Shown piece after piece: positions 55,156 through 64,000 of a DNA stretch of 64,000 bases (its first letter is position 1; every line of letters begins with the position of its first letter). Origin of the DNA: Amoebidium appalachense (Eukaryota > Protista > Ichthyosporea); the NCBI GenBank assembly GCA_963693365.1, contig CAVNZM010000010.1, forward strand, positions 5,581,794-5,645,793, written 5' to 3'. The notes under the pieces are model-generated. The model searched no databases and was not told where the DNA came from. It worked only from the letters and a program-made list of their open reading frames with translations. The position numbers and the translations under genes are program-made.

Positions 55156-58000
55156 TGACTCACTGAGATGACAAAGAAATTTTTGCTGAGTGTCCGGCGG
55201 CCGCCGCGCGGATCCCCCGAAACCGCCCCGTGGAACAAGGGCGAAACCACTTTTTTATCCACAGAGAATATTTCCTTTTTACTGGATTTATTCTGAATTC
55301 AACCGAGTTTCAGGTCCCATACCCACAAGTGCGCGGCCACTAGCTAGTATATATAGAGAATAGCATATCTATTGAGCAGAATACAACTTTTTAATTTATA
55401 TTCATTGTTCTTTATTCGGCGTAGCCTAGTGGGACAACGTTCATTTGGACAAAACTTCGAAACAGGAATTTCCGTGATAAAGCATACTAACGTTTGGGGG
55501 GATCCGCGGCGCACCAAAGCAACACCGAATCAACTTGGCCGCGGAATGCGGTTGTGATACGAGGCTGATGCGGCCAGATCTATTTGATGTGCTAAATATT
55601 ATCTCTGTAATTTATTTCTCTTATCTCTATACATAAATGGTAGTCACTTTTGAAAGATGTCTGAGATGTTCGAACTTTATAGGCTTGGCTGAATATGAGG
55701 TATTTATCACGCACTTAACACCCAGTTTAAACATGAAAATAAGCGCTGGTGACCGGTATATCCTATAGCTTCTGTAATTACGTGTACTCAGTTGCATTAG
55801 ATGGGTATGGGCAGTGTAGAACAAGTACTGCCAATGCTTTTGGATAAGGTGCAGATAGTCAGTACAAAGATAGATATATATTAGGCGGACGAGGTTGAAC
55901 GGCGTTACGATACACTACGATACGCAAATCCCAGACAGCCAGATGGCACCATCGCGCAATGCATTCCACAGTCCACACACATCATTCGTCAAACTGTGCA
56001 TATTTGTTGACACTTTGAGGCTGAGCATCAAGTGTAGCCTGGCGACCCAGTCAATCCAGCACGTTTATATAAATATATATTAGGATAAAAAATAAAAGAA
56101 TTATCGTTTAACGCAGAATCCCAGCCCGGAAACACGCAAAGTACTCGATGTGCACGATAACACGGTGCACTTCTTGTTAATCTGGGGGGACATGTGCCAG
56201 CACGCGTAGTGATTGGTCTACGAATCTTAGATAGTTTTCATTGGCTTATGCAGTACCATTGCCGTTTGAGTTATCATGATTCAAAAATTGTGTGACTCTC
56301 TATACGAAGATTGCCCGTCACCTTAATATCATTTTTATAATAAGCATGCAAGAAAAATATGGTCTCTCTTGAAATGGGATAGCCGAAAGCTTAAAGAAAA
56401 GAATCTGCGTACATGCTGCCATTACTATCTCTTTCATAGTTGGGGGGACGTCGACGGTGCGCCATATCTGCCTTATGATCATCCGCCGATCGGATCCGCC
56501 CCGTTGAAATTTAGTACGTGCACGCGTTTAAAATTTTGTCTAAACACTCTTGAATCGTCAGTTATATATCGAGTTAACGGCGACGTGTGACGTGTGCACA
56601 TGTGTGCACTAATATTAGTGCATTGAATGGATGCCATGGATGATGGGTGTGTGCAACTGTGTGCACACACATGTGCAGTGGTGCGTGCACTGTGCATTGT
56701 GAGCTTGTCAGTTAGCTTGGGCAGAAAATCCCAAAATTCCAGTTCTTGATATTGAACATGCAGAATCCCGTCGGATTCCACATGGGCCCATTGGCACTTG
56801 TTGCATGGAATGCTTTGAGTCACGCATGACTCAGAATTTTGCTGGGAAAAGGAATGCGGGAGAGCCGTGTGGCACGCTTGGCCATTCCGTAAATTACTCA
56901 TTCGAAATGCAGGATGTGAAATTGTTGATAGCAGATGTTAGCGATTTCCCCCTGAATGGTCCTTTTTTTTTTTTGCTCAATAGAAAAAGAAGTCAAAAGA
57001 AGACTTAATACGTTAACAAACTCAATATGCATATTTTTTTTTCCTGGCTGTATGGACCACTGCCAGTGGTTCAAAAATTCGTGGACCTGGCCCGCAACAG
57101 TTATTATTATTAGGGTGTGAAATTACAGGATTGGCTTCTGTGAGAAATTTGGACCGTTTTGAGGTAGCTCAAGAACGCACTTAGGGCACTGAAATGTATT
57201 TTCATAATCAAATTGAATAAAAACGGCTTAGGCTTGTCAAGATTTCTCTTAAAAAAGCAGTGGTCATTTAGTACCTAAATATAGTACTGACTGACCTCCA
57301 AAAGTATTGTTGGAGTTCCTTTGGCCCGGGGATGCCGCTTGAAGAACGGTTTGTAGCCCTAACAGCGCCTACTGTTAGCCTAGTAAGTTAACGTTCACTA
57401 AGTTAGCAAATACATGGTAAAATTTCAGTATGTCGAGCCCCCCCTCCCCGGCCCGGAGTCCCTCATACCGAACTCCCGGCCCACTCCTCCCTCCGTCCCC
57501 TTCCCCCCAACACACCGTGGCACACACACACGCACACATGTATACACATGCACACACTTCACAGCCCCCCCCCCTCCCCTTCCGTGGCGCATCCTCTTCG
57601 TCTTCTCCTCCTCCTTCTTTTTCCAACCCACCTATGTACACTTGTCAGTCCCGGGGTGAGCACTGAACCAAGGCCTCCTAAATAGCACACCGCGGAACAG
57701 CTGGCGTGAACGCCACCGTTGAGTCACATAACTTATAAGTGATGCCGATGAGTGACTGATGACTCGTCAAGTATGATAAGCTATCTTGACGGGGTTTACA
57801 CACACTTGACTCAAGGCATGATCATGGATAATTATGATGACATCGATCATGATCGATATATATCAATCCTGAATGTTCGGCGGATCCCCCAAGTCTTTAA
57901 AACCCCGCTGCAATCTTCCAGCCTAGGCCTGAGAAATCATGTGACTGCAGTGACATGATGGATCAACAGAGCCCAGGCCGGTGATCAACACAGGCTGCAG

Positions 58001-58034
<34 letters not shown>

Positions 58035-58121
58035 TTTTTTTCTCTCTCTCGTGCACATCTCTCACTCTCCGACTCTCTCCCCCCCTGTCTCTCTCTCGCT
58101 CAGGCTCTTTCTGTCCGAGTC

Positions 58122-58154
<33 letters not shown>

Positions 58155-58328
58155 TCTCTCTCTCGAGACTCCCCCCCCGCCCCCCGACTCTCTCTTTCTC
58201 TCAGAGTCTCCCTCCCTCTCCCTCTCCCTCTCTCTTTCTCTCTCTCGCTTCCGGATTCCCCCCCCCCCCCGGCCCGGATCCCCCCTCCCCACCTCCGCGA
58301 CGGTCACCGACTCTCTCCGAGGCTCCCT

Positions 58329-58398
<70 letters not shown>

Positions 58399-58666
58399 TC
58401 TCTCTCTCTCTCTCTCCCTCAGACTCTCAGTCTCTCTCTCCTCTCTCTCCCCGAACCTCTCGAGCTCTCCTTCGCCCTCCCTCCCCCCCCCCCCCCCCCC
58501 CCCCTCTCTCCCTCGCTCCTTCCCTCCCTCCCTCTCTGCCTCCCTCCCTCCCCCCCCCCCTCCCCCTGCCCCCCTCGAGCTCTTAGAGCTCCCCCCCCCT
58601 CCCCCCTCTCACTCACACTCTCTCTCTCTCTCTCTCTCTCTCTGCCACTCTCAGTCTCTCTCTCTC

Positions 58667-58756
<90 letters not shown>

Positions 58757-58770
58757 CCTCCCTCCCCCGA

Positions 58771-58814
<44 letters not shown>

Positions 58815-58956
58815 AAACCCCCATTCTCTAGGTGTACCGTTAGGCTACCATGCTGCCTTTAACTTACCGGGTTAGTCTGAGTGCCGCGGGCAGTGACAGA
58901 GTAACAGAGTGATGTCACCGTCCCACCCACAAGGTATTATTATAAACCATGACTCA
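55156..58956. promoter_or_regulatory. Cluster of AP-1 (TGAC/GTCA) sites upstream of the bZIP gene
   Basis: TGACTCA 55156-55162; TGAGTCA 56816-56822 and TGACTCA 56827-56833; TGAGTCA 57720-57726; TGACTCA 58950-58956. Confidence 0.45.
58001..58815. repeat. Intergenic CT-rich block, opposite polarity to the GA block at 50472-51452
   Basis: Directly visible; CTCGAG, GAGCTC, CCGAGGCTC and CTCAGTCTC interruptions. Confidence 0.9.
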
Positions 58957-59520
58957 TGATTATTATGACACGTACGCGTGTTGCATTAAATCAATTACTG
59001 AATCAAGTAAGAAGTTGTGGCCCCCACAGACTTGCCAAGGTCAGTTAGCAAACAGTTAACTTCGACATGTCACAATATGTCTTTTACAGTAAATTAATCC
59101 GATCATCATCCGGGAGTTTTTTTTTCGAGCGTTGCGGCGACTCTAGCTCTGCAAGTGGCGGAACTTTAAAGATATTCTGTTTACTAAAGGGGGAATTTTA
59201 AAGATATTCTGTTAAGGCAGAAGATCAGACATTCACGTGCAATGACTTCATACCAATTTTTTATCGTGACTTGCTCCATTCGCTAATGCCTAGTCTCCTT
59301 CGACGAAAACACACACATCACCGTGGGAATAGTTTGATTACTTCCCGGCTGAGTCCTTCATACTAATAGTTACTGTATGGCACTGCCCATTTCTTTACTA
59401 CTACCCTAGCATCGGAGGCCCATGTCACCCAAGTACCCATCCACCAACACCACGTATTACTATCATCACTAACAGCCGGGAACCCAATTCTATACCTATT
59501 TACCCCCCACCTCCCTCCCC

Positions 59521-59611
<91 letters not shown>

Positions 59612-59672
59612 ACACACACGTGACAACCGTGCCGTCATTATTAGTAAACCCACAAAAACCCTTACAAGAACC

Positions 59673-59703
<31 letters not shown>

Positions 59704-59759
59704 AAGAATAAGAGGAGCAGAAGAGAACGATCTATAGAGAACCAAATCGAACCAAACGG

Positions 59760-59895
59760 TTAAGGTGCGTGCACGCGCAGCGCGTGGTGTTGTTGGTTCG
59801 CCGGGGCGGCGGTGATGCCCAGGGGTGGTGGGCTGGTTTTTTTTTTTTTTTTTTTTTTTGTGTGTGGGGGTGTGGGGGGGGGGGGGGGGGGGGGG

Positions 59896-59956
<61 letters not shown>

Positions 59957-59986
59957 GGGAAGAGAGAGAGAGGGGGGGTGGGGGGT

Positions 59987-60021
<35 letters not shown>

Positions 60022-60183
60022 AGACTCAACAGTTACGTGTATTCAAGTTCATCCCACTCATCCTCCCCCTCTGTCTCTTGGAAGTACATTTGCAGCAAGT
60101 CAGCAGCAGCTGCTGAAACAGAGTCATTGTCATGAACCTCCAAGGCCTCTAGACGGGCTACACCGTAGCACTCCTGCGCGCGC

Positions 60184-60214
<31 letters not shown>

Positions 60215-60690
60215 TGTACGTTTGTGTGTGGTGTGTGTGTGTGTGTGTGTGTGTTTGTGTATGTGTGTGTGTGTGTGCATGTGTACGGTGTACGTTGGGT
60301 GGGAATCGGGGGGGAGGGGGAGGGGAGGGGGGGGGGGGGGGGGGTTAGGCCCTGAGGCATGTGTGGTTGTGGGTGTAATATTAGTTTAAAGGTGCGTTTC
60401 TGGGGAGGCGAGGAGAGGGGGAGGGGGGGGGGGGGGGGGGGGACGGAGGGAGAGAACGTTTTCGGTGTGGTTTTTTCTTTTTTTTGGGGGGGGGGGGGGG
60501 GGGGGGAGGGGGGGAGAGGGGGGGGGGGAGAGGGGGGAGAGGGCGGGGGGAGAGGGCGGAGAGGGGGGGAGAGGGGGGAGAGGGAAGGCCCTGGTGCGCG
60601 CGCACCCGCATGGGCTCTCAAGCGCGTGTCTGTGTGTGCGTGTGTGTCATAGTGTGTATGTGTGTGTGTGTGTCTGAGTGTGTGTGTGTG

Positions 60691-60743
<53 letters not shown>

Positions 60744-61285
60744 CGCCCGCGTGTGTGTGTGTGCGTGCGTGTGCGGGGGGCGGCGGGGGGTGGGTGTGTG
60801 TGTGTGGGGGGGGGAGGGGGGGGGGGGGGGGGGGGGGGGGGGATGGGGGGAGAATCCCTTTGCCTGCGATATGTACCATTTTCATGTGTATGTGTACAGT
60901 GTGTGCTGCGGATCACGCATACAGTGCCAGTATGCACATGCCGCATGTGTTTGCTTAAGGCAGAACCAACATAACAGTTAATAAAAAGCCAATAAGAAGC
61001 CAATAAAACACCAATCATTAAAAAAGCCTATAACAAGTTAACAACGGCCTTTTTTTTTATTTTTATTTTTTTAAAAAAAAAAAAAAAAAAGTTAATAAAA
61101 ACCAATAATTTAAAATGTCAATAACAAACCAACAAAAAGCCAGTATTACTAAGAGGATGTAAACAGCCAATCAGATAAAATGTCAATAATCGTTCGTTGA
61201 AGCCAACAAAAGACCCAATAAAAAGTCAATAAAACAACAAGCCAATCCAACGTCAATAAACGACCAACAAAAGGCCAATAAAAAG

Positions 61286-61325
<40 letters not shown>

Positions 61326-61636
61326 CCACACACACACACACACCAAAAAAAAAAAAAAAAAAAAGGAAAAAAAAAGGAAGAAAGAAAGAAAAAGAAAAGA
61401 AAGAAAAGAAAAAAAACCAATATATAAACACAATCCGCCCACACGACGTTGTACATACCTCCACCTTCTCCGCCACCGTGTTCACCCCTTGGGGACACAA
61501 AACTGCGGCCGCATTTAGGAGTCGGCCCAATGCATCCAAAATCGCACGAAGCAAGCTGCTCTCAGTGTGTAGTTGGAGTTGGCTACAAAGAGGTGTAACT
61601 ATGTCGAGATGCAGAAGTTCACTGCAGTATAGGAAA

Positions 61637-61668
<32 letters not shown>

Positions 61669-61745
61669 GGGGGGGGGGGGGGGGGGGAGGGGGGGGAGGA
61701 GGAGGGGAAGAAAAGAAAAAAACCAAGGGAGTTTTTTTTTTTTTT

Positions 61746-61777
<32 letters not shown>

Positions 61778-62297
61778 GGGTTGAAAGTGGGCCGGGAGGG
61801 GTGGATGGGGAAGGGGGAGGGGAAGGGATGGAGGGGGGTGGGGGTTTGGGGGGGGCAGGGTGGGAGGGAGGGAGGGAGGGAGGGAGAAAGGGAGAGGCGG
61901 AAGGAGGGAAGGAGGGGGGGAGGGAGGGAGGGAGAGTGGGGAAAGAAGAAGGTCCCAGAGAGAGGTAGAGAGAAAAGAGAGGGAGAAAAGGGGGAAGGGG
62001 GGTGTGGCAGAAACCCGGGCACACATAAGAAATAATGATAGATGCGAGAAACGGGGTGAAGAAAAATAAGAGGAGAAAAAGCGTATTGAAACATGCATGT
62101 CTACAGGGAAGAGACCGAGGGGTGGTTGGGGTGGGTGGGTGGGTGGGTGGGTGGGTGGGTGGGTGGGTGGGTGGGTGGGTGGGTGGGTGGGTGGGTGGGT
62201 GGGTGGGTGGGTGGGTGGGTGGCGGCGGCGGTGGCGCCTGTGTGTGTCTGTTGTGTGTCTAGAGTCTCTCTCGATCTCTCTCTCTCTCTGTGTGTGT

Positions 62298-62334
<37 letters not shown>

Positions 62335-62774
62335 GGGAGGGTGGGGGGAGAGGGTAAAAGAATAAAAAGCAAACGTGATTGGCACACAGGCTAGTCTTTT
62401 CTACCCCCACTTTCCATCCCATATCTGTAGGAGTCCCCCCGGCCCCCCCCCCCTCCCCCCCTCCCCCCCCCCCCCCCCCCCCGAAAAAAAAAATACCCCG
62501 CTCCCCAAATTGGTTGCTCCTGCTCTCATGTGTTGCATGAATGAACTGCACATTTTTTTTCCTCCTTATTTGGTCTGTGTGCTTTGTGCCACGTCCCCCC
62601 CCCCCTTCCCCCCTTTCCATTCCACCTCCCCCTCCTGCTTGGTGCAGGAGTGCTATCACCAATTATGGATAGTGGGTTGATGGGGAGGAAGAGGAGAAAA
62701 GGAGAGAGGGACGGGAGCTGCCCAAGAGGCTTCAGGGGGGGGGGGAGGGGGGGGGGAGAGAGAGAGAGGGGTGC

Positions 62775-62805
<31 letters not shown>

Positions 62806-63121
62806 AAGGGGGTATCCTGTTTTGGGGATAAAGTGGAGAAGTTGAAAAGGAGGCAAATAGGATTTTAAAGGGGTGGAGTGGGGGTGGGTGGGGTGGGGGG
62901 GTGGGATTGGGGGGGGGGGGGGGGGGGAGGGGAGGGGGGGGGGGGAGAAAGGGGGAGGGAGGGTGGGTGGCGACAGATGGAAAAACTCACGAAATCTGTT
63001 CGAAGCTGGCGCCAGAAACGGTGTTTGCTAAAGCCCATCCAGCCTCTCTCCTTATGCGATAGTCAAAGTCATTACCAAGGAGTTTCAACACACACGGTAG
63101 GGCACCACAATCTAGCACCAT
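59760..63121 (-). CDS. Importin-alpha (karyopherin alpha)-like protein, C-terminal ARM repeats; 5' part beyond the window
   Basis: Exons 63121-62991, 61621-61459, 60173-60037, 59832-59760 (TAA), in phase. Protein [56 protein letters not shown]...[47 protein letters not shown] resembles ARM8-10 of importin-alpha. Confidence 0.88.
60965..61285. repeat. Degenerate A-rich intronic minisatellite (AAAAGCCAATAA-like)
   Basis: Repeated CCAATAAAA/CCAACAAAA units inside an importin-alpha intron. Confidence 0.6.
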
Positions 63122-63194
63122 CTGTGTGTATGTGTGTGTGTGGCGGGAGGGATGGGGGGAGGGGGGGAGGGGGAGGGGGGGGGGGGGGGGGGGG

Positions 63195-63275
<81 letters not shown>

Positions 63276-63304
63276 TGTGTGTGTGTGCGCGCGTGCGCGC
63301 GCGC

Positions 63305-63357
<53 letters not shown>

Positions 63358-64000
63358 CGCCCGCGTGCGTGGGCATGCGGGCGTGTTTGTGCGTATGTGT
63401 TTGGGCAGAAAGGTGGAGAAAGTAACAGTTAGAAAAAAGGCTTTAGTGTGTGTTGTGGGTAGCACTGCAATCCAAGATGTTAATGATTGATATGGATCGT
63501 AAGGAGAAACGTATGAAAATTCAGTACATACAGGTACACATCTGCAAACAACAGAAACACATCAGGAGCGAACGCGAAAGCAGGGTTTCTTTGGGTGGGT
63601 TGTGGTTGGGTGATTGGGTGGGTGGGTGGGTGGGTTGCGGGTAGGTGGGAACCAGGTGAGGTGATCGTGGTGGGAGGGGAGGGGGGGGGGGGGGGGGGGA
63701 GAAGAAAATTTCAATGACACGGGGGGGGGGGGGGGGGGGGGGGGGGGATAATTTGACGAGCTACATGCGGTGGGGACATGGGGAGGGAGAATTAAGGAGA
63801 AAAGGGTGGGTAGACAGGTGTGTGTGAGTGGGTGGGTGGGTACGGCTATAGCATGCAGTACACTACCTAGAACAAAGATGAATTTGGGAAACAAAGCACC
63901 AGAAATATGCGTGACAGATGATTATTAGGTGGGTATGTAGAAGAGAACACATCCACGGAATATGCACCATGAATTAGAAATTAGAATCTATCCACTATGG

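Noticed and set aside
55268-56040. Short matches to U5 (CCTTTTTAC) and U2 (ATCAAGTGTAG) snRNA motifs
   Set aside because: Flanking sequence does not continue the snRNA consensus.
56479-56901. 140-aa minus-strand ORF with HVESDG..QY, faintly transposase-like
   Set aside because: Similarity too weak; no additional exons or terminal repeats seen.

Overview
Eukaryotic genomic DNA, probably from a unicellular opisthokont (taxon not determinable here). Short coding exons are separated by GT-AG introns packed with poly-C/poly-G runs and (CA)/(GT)/(GA)/(TA) microsatellites, so nearly all six-frame ORFs are repeat artefacts. Seven protein-coding genes were spliced by hand, checking exon phase at each junction: (1) the 3' part of an ASPM/abnormal-spindle gene (+, to 6829); (2) an intronless multi-pass membrane protein of bacterial-looking type (+, 9144-10130); (3) a 16-exon, ~1556-aa sacsin-type GHKL ATPase with a C-terminal BTB/POZ-like domain (+, 13859-28033); (4) proteasome beta1/PSMB6 (-, 29805-35202), head-to-head with (5) a 17-exon HIBCH/Ehd3(mS47)-like protein that appears to lack its catalytic residues (+, 35992-49708); (6) an AP-1/ATF-type bZIP factor (-, 52489-54513); (7) the 3' part of an importin-alpha-like gene (-, 59760 onward). 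The main unexplained signals are a non-microsatellite repeat family found in many introns of the PSMB6/HIBCH-like pair, always in the host's sense orientation; a strand-polarised simple-repeat layout at splice sites; the sacsin-BTB fusion; a possible duplication-born microexon in ASPM; and an AP-1 site cluster upstream of the bZIP gene. All family assignments are by eye from remembered motifs; no searches were run.
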